Source: Candidatus Melainabacteria bacterium 17Bon1m
GTDB taxonomy: Bacteria > Cyanobacteriota > Vampirovibrionia > Obscuribacterales > Obscuribacteraceae
NCBI GenBank assembly: GCA_032128875.1
Contig: JAVLKG010000004.1
Span: 608,001 to 672,000, forward strand
Direction of reading: 5' to 3'
Length of the DNA: 64,000 bases
A model generated the notes under the pieces. That model saw nothing but the letters and a program-made list of their open reading frames with translations, was not told the DNA's origin and searched no databases. Positions 30,894-39,053 of the stretch are shown here, one piece after another. Both the position numbers and the translations under genes were made by a program. Each line of letters opens with the position of its first letter. Position 1 is the stretch's first letter.

Positions 30894-31534
30894 CTGATTC
30901 TGACTAAGACTCCCGAAGGAAGGTCAAGCTGGTTTCAATCCGCGCGCCACAAGCGCACAGAGACTATTTGAACAGCGCAAGTGAGCCAAAAAGCACCCGC
31001 TGTTGCACTATTCACTTTCCCCGATATATAAGACCTCTAACATCACTAGAGATATAGAGTAAAGAGCAGTTCGCAATCGGCAATTCTCCGTTCATCTCTC
31101 TCGAAAACACGCGCTTATCAGTCGCTTGAACAAAGCGAAGTTTGGAGAAATTGAGCTTGATTTCGGAAGGTGTTTTCATCAAATTCTCCGCCAAGACTGG
31201 CGACGGAACTACCACCGCCAGTGGTGGCACGTTTTGATTCAGAGTGTAATAAGACACTGATGCCACGCTTATTGGCTAAGTTCAGTGGCACCAGTACTTT
31301 TGACCCTTGCCCAACTCGCCGTGGTGTATCCAATTGAAGACTGTTAAGCAAAATTGGGGTACTTTGTGTCTACTTTCAGTAATTTGACTTATAGACACCT
31401 TAGAAAGGTCCAATTGCTGCCCAAAAACGGACGTTTCTACTGAGTGTAAAAGACTTACTTCAACCCATTCCAACTGTCGGATATTCAAGAATAACTCTTT
31501 TCTTTAATAGATACAGTCGTCTTGTCCATCATAC

Positions 31535-31613
31535 GACAATACGAATAATAGACAATAGAAAATACAACACATCGACAATACGACTTGTGTACAATTCTTA
31601 AATCAGACAATTG
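31535..31613 (+). repeat. 8-bp-period GACAATAC-like repeat array (left copy)
   Basis: GACAAT at 31535, 31551, 31574 and 31606; in-register variants at 31543, 31582 and 31590. Confidence 0.65.
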
Positions 31614-31747
31614 GCGGACTGGAAGATGTTAAGGACATTCCACAACTTTTCCACAACTTTGCCATATGCTCGCTGTAATTCTTGGAAACCTTCCCTTTCC
31701 CTCCCTATACTTTTTACTAGCCCCTAACCGGGTGCAATGGCGGTTTC

Positions 31748-32533
31748 ATGTTTGACACAAGCAGCTCCACGTCTCTGCCTGCCTCTGGTGGCGCCTCACC
31801 ACAGGCAGTTAAAGAGGATTTCGGACGTTTAGTGCGTCGAATACAGCAATCTAACTCTGGACAATTTGCTCCAATAAAAGAAGTCGAGACCGATTCCGGC
31901 AAGGTTTTCGTTGTTCATAACCGTGACTGGAGTCAATACCGGCGTTTGGCTATGCAGGCTCAAGAAGCTGGCAATCTCGCTCAGGCAGAGTTTATGTGGC
32001 TGGCATCTTTGGGAGAAGCAAAGGCATTCCATCAACATGATCCAAGATTGATGGTCAGCATAGAAAGCCTCACCTGTCTGTACGCCTCGCTTGGACGTTT
32101 TGACCAAGCGGAATCTTTTGGCAAACAGTCAGTCGAAATCGCCCTGCAGGCATTCGGCAATGATCATCCTAATCTGGCTCGCTGCCTCAATAATCTTGCT
32201 GGACTTTATTATCAGCAAGGCAGATATGCTGAGGCCGAACCAATATGCCGCCGCTTGCTGGCCATCAATGAAAAGAACTATCCTCCTGAACACCCTGATG
32301 TCATCACCGCAACGACCAACCTTGCCATGCTCTATCACGTGCAAGGCAAGTACAAATTGGCTGAGCGTCTGTATATCAGACTGATCTCAATGGAAGGCAC
32401 CGAGCTGAGCAAGAATCAACATCAGCTCGCAGCCCTCTTGGCTAATTACGCAGAGCTCTTGCAGGCTACTGGTAGGTCAAGCCTAGCCACCGAAGTTAGA
32501 AGTCGAGGCAGCAGCTTGTTTCAAACTGCATAA
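31748..32533 (+). CDS. Cytoplasmic kinesin-light-chain-type TPR protein
   Basis: HPNLARCLNNLAGLYYQQGRYAEAEP and HPDVITATTNLAMLY. Confidence 0.88.
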   Translation: MFDTSSSTSLPASGGASPQAVKEDFGRLVRRIQQSNSGQFAPIKEVETDSGKVFVVHNRDWSQYRRLAMQAQEAGNLAQAEFMWLASLGEAKAFHQHDPRLMVSIESLTCLYASLGRFDQAESFGKQSVEIALQAFGNDHPNLARCLNNLAGLYYQQGRYAEAEPICRRLLAINEKNYPPEHPDVITATTNLAMLYHVQGKYKLAERLYIRLISMEGTELSKNQHQLAALLANYAELLQATGRSSLATEVRSRGSSLFQTA

Positions 32534-32607
32534 GGTTTGAGCAAGAAAATTGGTCATTCAAACATACATCTATTGTCGATTTGAATGCGCCTCCACCGGC
32601 GGTGACG

Positions 32608-32635
32608 AGGGCCGATAATGTATATTATGTTTCAT
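32608..32635. other. dif: dif-like XerC/XerD recombination site
   Basis: AGGGCCGATAA-TGTATA-TTATGTTTCAT: 22/28 identical to E. coli dif (GGTGCGCATAATGTATATTATGTTAAAT), 17 of them contiguous; intergenic between convergent genes. Confidence 0.8.
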
Positions 32636-32743
32636 CGCCATGCGCTGACCACGAAAAGCAGGCGCCCGTCAGCGTTTTCGGGCGCACCCTTTAGGCGGTC
32701 ATTAGAGCGATTTTTGTGATCCAGGGTGTGTAATCACAAGGTC

Positions 32744-33397
32744 TTAATTCTGACGATCCATTTCAAGGGCATGCGTCAATCTCTCGTCGACCCATCCGCG
32801 ACGTTCGAGAAGAGATACCAAAGGTTGGTTAAGACTCTTCTGTTCCATCTGTGCGATTAGCACCATGTCCTCACTGACAATGTCCAGAGCAATCAGTCGC
32901 CGACCATCCGGATCGGTGCATTGAGAAGGCACATCGATCATCTCTTGACCGAGAAGCAACCCTTCTAACTGAATTGGAGATAAAAACTGTTTGTCTTGCA
33001 GAACTTCTCCCAACGGAATTCCAGAAGCAATTTGCTCCTCAACAGCTTCAGAAAGTTGTTCCATAGATATAAGACCAGAGGCAACGCAGATCTGCCCCAG
33101 GCGCGGATGTGTGTACTTGGTATCACCTGCAGATTCGCCACCAGATATAGGGGCACCGTGAAATCCTGCATCCTTTATCTGTGACATTGCATCAGCCATC
33201 TTAGCGATCGCCTTCTTCGCTAGAGCGCCGTTTTTATCGTCATCTGCCAATAAGTGAAGCGCTGCACTGATACGATCAAAAGCTGCCTGGGCTTCCGCAA
33301 CAGGAGCATTGTCCACCAAACCGAGAATCGCATAGGGACTGATGTCCACGCAAATATCCTCTGGAGATCCCGAGTGCAAAACACTTAAAGGATACAT
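32744..33397 (-). CDS. J-domain-like N-terminus fused to MshEN-like motifs
   Basis: SPYAILGL...AEAQAAFDRI with no HPD; PRLGQICVASGLISMEQLSEAVEEQ...PLGEVLQDKQFLS. Confidence 0.72.
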   Translation of the reverse strand: MYPLSVLHSGSPEDICVDISPYAILGLVDNAPVAEAQAAFDRISAALHLLADDDKNGALAKKAIAKMADAMSQIKDAGFHGAPISGGESAGDTKYTHPRLGQICVASGLISMEQLSEAVEEQIASGIPLGEVLQDKQFLSPIQLEGLLLGQEMIDVPSQCTDPDGRRLIALDIVSEDMVLIAQMEQKSLNQPLVSLLERRGWVDERLTHALEMDRQN

Positions 33398-33433
33398 TAT
33401 TGATCTTCCTGAAAGAGTTTTATATCCATTCGA

Positions 33434-33521
33434 ATTGTCGAATTGTCTACTGTCCGAGCACTAACAGCAATACGACAATACGAACTGTGCACAAGTCAAC
33501 AGTACTATTGTATTACTGTTA
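33434..33521. repeat. 8-bp-period GACAATAC-like repeat array (right copy)
   Basis: Inverted ATTGTC at 33434 and 33442; forward octamers AGCAATAC GACAATAC GAACTGTG CACAAGTC AACAGTAC from 33466. Confidence 0.62.
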
Positions 33522-33771
33522 GAAAAGTGAACATGTCGTCTTATTGAATTTATCAATGTTCAACACTGCGATGGTTTGAACATTACTCCGTTCAGAAATT
33601 CGTCACTTCATAAGGTCGGCATATGGACATGACAAAGGTTCGGACGTCCAAACTGTTCTAAATTCGAACAATTGAAGCTTGAATTAGCAACCTTAAAAGC
33701 TAAAGATGCGACAAGCCGTTAAAGTACCAGATGTCGCAGCCGGCCTCGCGACTTTGAAAAGACGGTGTTGA

Positions 33772-34908
33772 ATGAAGTTCGAAAAGAAGACTCTTGCATA
33801 TCTTGTGATCGGCATACTCTGCCTATCTTTCGCGCTTTCCTACTTCTACAAGCCTCAGCCTCCAGTTCGCGAACTCGTGAGAGCAAGCCAGGAAATGCCT
33901 GCCGGAACACAGTTGCCTGCCACTGGCGCAGCACCAATGGCAAGTCGTGTAGCCAACTCTTTCACACTTGCACTGGTTCTAGTGAAGAGCGAATTTTCTG
34001 AAAAGAACGCCACAGGGCTAGAATACCTGCGCGTTTGGGCGCAAGAAAACTTCCAGAGAGATCCTTCTTTTTTGCGTCCGGTGACGCTGAAAGTCCCGGT
34101 GGAAGTGCATCACAGCATTATCGACTCACTTTTCTTCAACTTATTTGCTGGGCCTGTGTACATTCTTCAGGCTAGAGTAATGGATTTACTCGCATCCCGG
34201 ATAGATGACTTTCATCACAGTCGCGCATACTTGAGCTTTGCAAGCGACTATTACGAAGCATTTGGCATGGATCAAGAATCTGCATCACTGCTGGCCAGAT
34301 ACCAGTCAGAACGAGCAAAATCTTCAGTAAATGTCATTCTTTGTGCTGCTTTTTGGTTGCTGGTAACAACAGGCGGAATTATCTCCGTCTTCGCTTCTCC
34401 GCCTGCGATGCGTAAATCCAGAGGGCAATGGCTTCTTGCATACGGATGGCTTTTAGTTTCATTGCTTTATTTCGTGGTCGGTTGGATGGAAAATCTTGTC
34501 GCAGTAATGGCTTCCTCAGTTATATGCGGCGCAATTGGGCTGTATTTATACAAGCCCTTTAAAATTCAAGTCTCCGAAGATAGTGCACTGAGCTTAAAAC
34601 TCGTCACCCCGAGCCCTCAATTTATTGCAATAGTGGCTTGGATTTCGGTCTCTCTGGTAGCTATCCGTTTAATCACCTGGATCAAAACAGGCACACTCTT
34701 TGCCCCCGATCCGCTCACTTTGCTGGCTTCAAGCTGGTCAGGAGACTTCCTGCACGAGCCTGCCCATGCAAAGAAAAACATCAAGAACTTCGTGGCTTCT
34801 GTTTGGCTTTTATACGGCTTCTGGACAGCGTACTACGTCAGCTATGACCCAAAGACCTCTGCCGAAGTAGAGCGCACGCTCGATTCGCTTCAGCCAATCA
34901 ACAAGTAG
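33772..34908 (+). CDS. Hypothetical integral membrane protein
   Basis: 378 aa; N-terminal TM, soluble domain, about 5 C-terminal TM helices. Confidence 0.75.
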   Translation: MKFEKKTLAYLVIGILCLSFALSYFYKPQPPVRELVRASQEMPAGTQLPATGAAPMASRVANSFTLALVLVKSEFSEKNATGLEYLRVWAQENFQRDPSFLRPVTLKVPVEVHHSIIDSLFFNLFAGPVYILQARVMDLLASRIDDFHHSRAYLSFASDYYEAFGMDQESASLLARYQSERAKSSVNVILCAAFWLLVTTGGIISVFASPPAMRKSRGQWLLAYGWLLVSLLYFVVGWMENLVAVMASSVICGAIGLYLYKPFKIQVSEDSALSLKLVTPSPQFIAIVAWISVSLVAIRLITWIKTGTLFAPDPLTLLASSWSGDFLHEPAHAKKNIKNFVASVWLLYGFWTAYYVSYDPKTSAEVERTLDSLQPINK

Positions 34909-34912
34909 CGCT

Positions 34913-35629
34913 CTAAACGGTTCTATCCTGCTCTTCAGCCCTATGACGGACCATTGAAGCCGTCTGGCGGTTATGGATAATGCTCGCGTAGTCGAAATTG
35001 CCCACGGCTCGGCCTGCAGCCACTGCTGCCAGAGCATTACGCACCTTGTCCATCATCGCTCCGACTGCACCTTGCTTTACAGCGCCGTCGGGAAATCCGT
35101 TTAAGTTGCTGTAGGCACTGAGCAATCTGCCCAGGTCACCAGCGTCAGCGGTGCCAACATTGATTTCACCTAGGACGCTGCCAATTTGAGCATCTGCCTC
35201 GTTGAGATATGCCTTCTGCTTCTCTGGCGGCACAGAAGTGGAGCTTGCAATTGCCTCAGACAACATGCGAGCAACATCTTCTGGTTTCGTCTTGAAAGTG
35301 TTTGCGAGATTTTGCAATTGATCACGGTCGGGATGGGCGAAGTCGAGCGAACGCAGGTCGAAAGGACTTTGCAGACCTTGATCAGTTCCCCTCAGGGCGG
35401 CAAATTCCGTCCCCGCCGCACCGGTGAAGGTAACATCATTAAGCCAGCCTATATCGTTTCGAGGAGCGTCATTCTGTTTGCTGAACGAATGACCTTGCAT
35501 AACGTCGGCGAAATTAACCGGAGAATACTGCTCGGAATGATCATCCTCGAGCGCGTTGTCAGTCCCCCCGTTTTGAATGGTCAAATCGGGATTATCTTGC
35601 TGATTGCCATTTTGCTGCTTGAAGCTCAA
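34913..35629 (-). CDS. Hypothetical protein
   Basis: 238 aa ORF (TTG start) filling the gap; Q/N/D-rich N-terminus and helical C-terminus; no family recognised. Confidence 0.6.
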   Translation of the reverse strand: MSFKQQNGNQQDNPDLTIQNGGTDNALEDDHSEQYSPVNFADVMQGHSFSKQNDAPRNDIGWLNDVTFTGAAGTEFAALRGTDQGLQSPFDLRSLDFAHPDRDQLQNLANTFKTKPEDVARMLSEAIASSTSVPPEKQKAYLNEADAQIGSVLGEINVGTADAGDLGRLLSAYSNLNGFPDGAVKQGAVGAMMDKVRNALAAVAAGRAVGNFDYASIIHNRQTASMVRHRAEEQDRTV

Positions 35630-35867
35630 GGAAACAACCCTGCATGAGCAAAAGAGAAATGACCAGTCGGACGAAGAGAACTTAGATTCCTAGTAATAAA
35701 ACCAGTATCTATTCTCACCAAGAGCATGTCAATTCGTATTTCTACGTACACGATTTAGCTTCTGTCAATTGCCAAGTCTTTAGAAAGTCACCTCTTGTAC
35801 CGAGACATTGCGTCTCGCAAGGCAATTCAAGTTTAATAAGCCCGGAATGCCTTAAAATATCGCCTAT

Positions 35868-35951
35868 GCCCTTGTGTCGGAACTGGTATACGAGACGCAC
35901 TTAAAATGCGTTGCCCGTAAGGGATTGAGGGTCCGAATCCCTCCAAGGGCA
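35868..35951 (+). tRNA. trnL: tRNA-Leu (anticodon TAA), long variable arm, no intron, CCA not encoded
   Basis: Acceptor stem GCCCTTG/CAAGGGC plus A; anticodon arm ACGCA-CTTAAAA-TGCGT; T arm GAGGG-TCCGAAT-CCCTC. Confidence 0.93.
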
Positions 35952-35976
35952 AACTCTTCAATTTGAAAACACAAAT

Positions 35977-36010
35977 AACCCCTGAGAAGTAAATTCGTCA
36001 GGGGTTTTTC
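35977..36010 (+). terminator. Intrinsic terminator downstream of the tRNA
   Basis: AACCCCTGA / TCAGGGGTT stem running into a T-run. Confidence 0.75.
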
Positions 36011-36059
36011 GTTTAGATTTCAAGAAATCGCACAAGCTTCAGAGAGCCTAAGGCAGCTC

Positions 36060-36770
36060 TTAGTCTGTGTCGTCTCTAAATTGAGTCCACGGAATTGCGG
36101 TCGCAGTTCCTTCCTTGCACTTAGCACATGAATCAGGAAGAGCGACTTCGATTGGCACCTGCAGCGCCGCATAGAGCTTCTCTTCCCAGCGTTCTTCCGC
36201 AGAGATGACACCATTGCCGGTGCCTTTTGCAAATACCGCAGCAGCCACTGGTTTACCACCCATTTGTTCTGCAAATGCAGGCAAGCGCTCACCAACACAG
36301 CGTCCATGCTGAGCTACCGGATTGAAAACAAGAACACGATCGCCATTGTTGATATTGCCTTCGACCAGTTTGGAACCAAACCAGCCGGTGGGCAAATACT
36401 CCCAGAATGCGGCTTTCTTCTTGCGGCGGGACACGAGCTCTTTAACAATGCGCACCGCAGATGGTTGCGCAGGTGCAAAGACGACTTCAAATCCGATGTG
36501 GTTGTTGTCTATCCAGGTCTCGATATCATCAACGATCCAGCCAACATACTCAGCATTCTCAGTGATCGGTTCCAAAATAAACAGCGCATCCATGTGGTTG
36601 CCCACGCGATTGCCGTCCGTCTCCGGAAACTGATAGTGTTCGCCGGTGACGTGCACGCCAGGCACGGCAATCAATTCATTGAGCTGATCGGCAGGGAATG
36701 TGTCCGATGCGAATTGAATGCTTTTGGCTTTTGATTTAGTTTTCACAGCTGTTTTATTTGATTGTCGCAT
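36060..36770 (-). CDS. Type I phosphoribosyltransferase-like (PyrE-like) protein with a degenerate PRPP loop
   Basis: GDRVLVFNPVAQHG at the VLVVEDVxTTG position; C-terminal CAKCKEG; start ATG 36770 overlaps the upstream gene. Confidence 0.65.
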   Translation of the reverse strand: MRQSNKTAVKTKSKAKSIQFASDTFPADQLNELIAVPGVHVTGEHYQFPETDGNRVGNHMDALFILEPITENAEYVGWIVDDIETWIDNNHIGFEVVFAPAQPSAVRIVKELVSRRKKKAAFWEYLPTGWFGSKLVEGNINNGDRVLVFNPVAQHGRCVGERLPAFAEQMGGKPVAAAVFAKGTGNGVISAEERWEEKLYAALQVPIEVALPDSCAKCKEGTATAIPWTQFRDDTD

Positions 36771-37602
36771 ATTCTTTGCAGCCAACTTTTACTTTGTTTT
36801 CCAGTACACCTAAACCCGAGACTTCCATAGTGACTACGTCACCATCTTTCAGCCAGCCAAACTTGGCCGGTGCTAACTCCTTACCCGTTTGCGGATCAGT
36901 CTTAGCCATAAATTCTGCAATGCAGCCATTTCCTACTGTTCCCGAACCGAGCACATAACCTTCATGAACAGCGATGTTCTGCTTGCCGAGCCAAGCTATA
37001 AGCCTAGGGAAGCTCCAGGCTTGCTTGTTTCCGGTCGTCGGGTGCGTGTGATAGAGCGAATTGTAGTTCGATTTCGCTCTCTCTTCGCCATTAATCTTGA
37101 GAATCATTTCGGCATCTAATACGCCGTTTTCATCCATCTTGACGTCTTTGGCGGGGACGAGTTTTGGTCCGAAGCTTTTGCCTATGATGAACTTGCTGTT
37201 GGTCGGTCCCAAGCCGTCCATGTCTTTCTTTTGAACGTCGCGAGCGGACCAATCATTACAAATCGTCAAGTAGCAATGATCTTTGAAGAATTGAAGCGCT
37301 TCCTTCTCATCGGTGATAAGAGCCGATTTGCCCACTACACAAGCGATTTCGAATTCATAGTCAGGAGCCTTCACGAATTCAGGTATCGAGACTACTTCGC
37401 CAGGTCCAAACAGCTTTTCCGGCGCAAGGTCCAAACTGTAATAGGCTGCATGGTCGTACCAGCCCGGCCAAATGGAAGCACCGCGCTTATCTCGAATTTG
37501 CTTAACGTGTGTTTCGAAGCCTAGAAAATCAATAAAGAACCGCGGTTCGGGAATCTCTGTTCCAAACAGCTTGATTTTCGGCACGCTTCTTTCAAAGAGC
37601 AT
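36754..37602 (-). CDS. Fumarylacetoacetate hydrolase family protein (likely start ATG 37602)
   Basis: DFLGFETHV, PDYEFEIA, CNDWSARDVQ, GSGTVGNGC, WLKDGDVVTMEVSGLGVLEN. Confidence 0.9.
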   Translation of the reverse strand: MLFERSVPKIKLFGTEIPEPRFFIDFLGFETHVKQIRDKRGASIWPGWYDHAAYYSLDLAPEKLFGPGEVVSIPEFVKAPDYEFEIACVVGKSALITDEKEALQFFKDHCYLTICNDWSARDVQKKDMDGLGPTNSKFIIGKSFGPKLVPAKDVKMDENGVLDAEMILKINGEERAKSNYNSLYHTHPTTGNKQAWSFPRLIAWLGKQNIAVHEGYVLGSGTVGNGCIAEFMAKTDPQTGKELAPAKFGWLKDGDVVTMEVSGLGVLENKVKVGCKEYATIK

Positions 37603-37716
37603 TAGGGCACCCCACAGTCTCTCTATAGGCAACAAGCACGAGCTCTCGCCCGTGCGAAGCGACTATTATGCCACGACTTAACGCTTTGATGACCTTTTTG
37701 AGGGTTGCTGTTATAA

Positions 37717-38163
37717 ATGTCGGCTGAGGACGCCGAGAAGGAATTGGTCTACATGAAGCATACTAAAGCGTTTGAGAAACTCGTTGCGGACATTAAATCG
37801 CAAGTCCGCGAAATCAGTCCGAAAGAAGTTTTGGAAAAACTCGATCGCAAGGATAATTTTCACTTTGTCGACGTTAGAGAAGATCACGAATGGCTTGAAG
37901 GACACGCAAAAGGCGCATGCCATATCTCTAGAGGCATTATCGAACGCGACATCGAGAAATTGATTCCCAACTACGATGCTCCAATTGTGCTGTACTGCGG
38001 AGGTGGATATCGCTCTGCACTATCTGCAGTGAATATCCAAAAGATGGGCTACACGAATGTTCTGTCAATGGCGGGCGGAATTCGCGATTGGAGAGAACAA
38101 AATTTGCCGGAAGAAAAACCGCCCGAGGGTGTGGCCGCATACGTGTCACCACACGTCAAATGA
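37717..38163 (+). CDS. Single-domain rhodanese/sulfurtransferase
   Basis: VDVREDHEW, GHAKGA, active loop YCGGGYRS, MAGGIRDW. Confidence 0.92.
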   Translation: MSAEDAEKELVYMKHTKAFEKLVADIKSQVREISPKEVLEKLDRKDNFHFVDVREDHEWLEGHAKGACHISRGIIERDIEKLIPNYDAPIVLYCGGGYRSALSAVNIQKMGYTNVLSMAGGIRDWREQNLPEEKPPEGVAAYVSPHVK

Positions 38164-38396
38164 AGGCACCAAAACTAGTTCTTCCATCTTTCGCAGCGTT
38201 GTATATCTGCAGTATTTCCAGGGCATATTCAAAGTCACTCGAAGATATATTTACCGAGATGCTTGCACTGCGCACCACAGAGCCAGCCGGCTTTTGGGCG
38301 ATGGTCTGCTGCATCGGTTTGCTCTTTTCTCTAGCCTTCGGATTGATGGCTCTGACGATGGGTTATTACGTCAGACACTGGACTAAGCGCAAATAG
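38160..38396 (+). CDS. Small two-TM membrane protein, coupled to the rhodanese gene by an ATGA overlap
   Basis: ATG 38160 overlaps the TGA of the upstream gene; two hydrophobic segments. Confidence 0.55.
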   Translation: MKAPKLVLPSFAALYICSISRAYSKSLEDIFTEMLALRTTEPAGFWAMVCCIGLLFSLAFGLMALTMGYYVRHWTKRK

Positions 38397-38495
38397 ACGG
38401 CTTTTTCAGGTAGCCAAGCGTTGCCATTATTTGTGATACCACAGATAATGGCACTGTAGTCTATTCATTCACGAAATTACTAGAAAGAGTTTTAC

Positions 38496-38933
38496 ATGAG
38501 CAGCGAGCCGCTTCAAAGTTCAAACAGCAATCCGCTAGACCTCACTGGACTTGAGGATCTGCTTGAGCGAGCGCAGTTGGAAGTAGTTACTTCGGCACCA
38601 GATGTGGAGGCAGAGGTAGTCTCTTCTAAGGAAACCGAAAATTCTCCAACGGAAGCACAATTGGTTTTGGATCTGCTCAATCACTTGATGCAAGTCAATG
38701 AATTGGTTGTAGAAACCAATCGCCGACTAAATCTTGCAACTTCTAGACTGGGTCAATTGGACGAAATGCTTACAGCCCAAAGCGTCTGGCTCGAGCGCCT
38801 GCCCGCCCTGGAAATTAAAGCTGCTCAATTGGAAGAAGTTCAATTAAGGCTTGAGGTAGCCACCACAGAAAATGAATGGCTCAAGAAAAGCTGGATTAAT
38901 AAGTTTCTCTCGGCAATAAAAGACAGAGCATAG
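38496..38933 (+). CDS. Hypothetical coiled-coil protein
   Basis: 145 aa; L/E/Q heptads; amphipathic C-terminal WLKKSWINKFL. Confidence 0.65.
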   Translation: MSSEPLQSSNSNPLDLTGLEDLLERAQLEVVTSAPDVEAEVVSSKETENSPTEAQLVLDLLNHLMQVNELVVETNRRLNLATSRLGQLDEMLTAQSVWLERLPALEIKAAQLEEVQLRLEVATTENEWLKKSWINKFLSAIKDRA

Positions 38934-39053
38934 GCACAAAAGCCATAGAGTTAGCTTTCTGGAGGTCTCGAAAACGGGACCTCCTTTGTTTTTCCTCTAA
39001 AAGCACGCCAGAGAGGCATTATGAGGTATGATCTCCCGCCTGGGGGAGACCAT

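Noticed and set aside
31325-31338. 14-mer TGTATCCAATTGAA repeated at 57578-57591, both copies upstream of giant minus-strand genes
   Set aside because: A single AT-rich match at different distances from the starts (about 430 vs 200 bp); plausible by chance
31535-31613. CRISPR array or matS sites
   Set aside because: Units are 8 bp with no spacers and no cas genes are present; they lack the GTGACRNYGTCAC palindrome of matS
31500-31660. oriC candidate (AT-rich tract plus TTTTCCACA)
   Set aside because: Only one good box, no dnaA or dnaN nearby, and a dif-like site 1 kb away argues for the terminus
35868-36060. Genomic island integrated at tRNA-Leu
   Set aside because: No integrase, no duplicated tRNA 3' end seen, and a terminator follows directly
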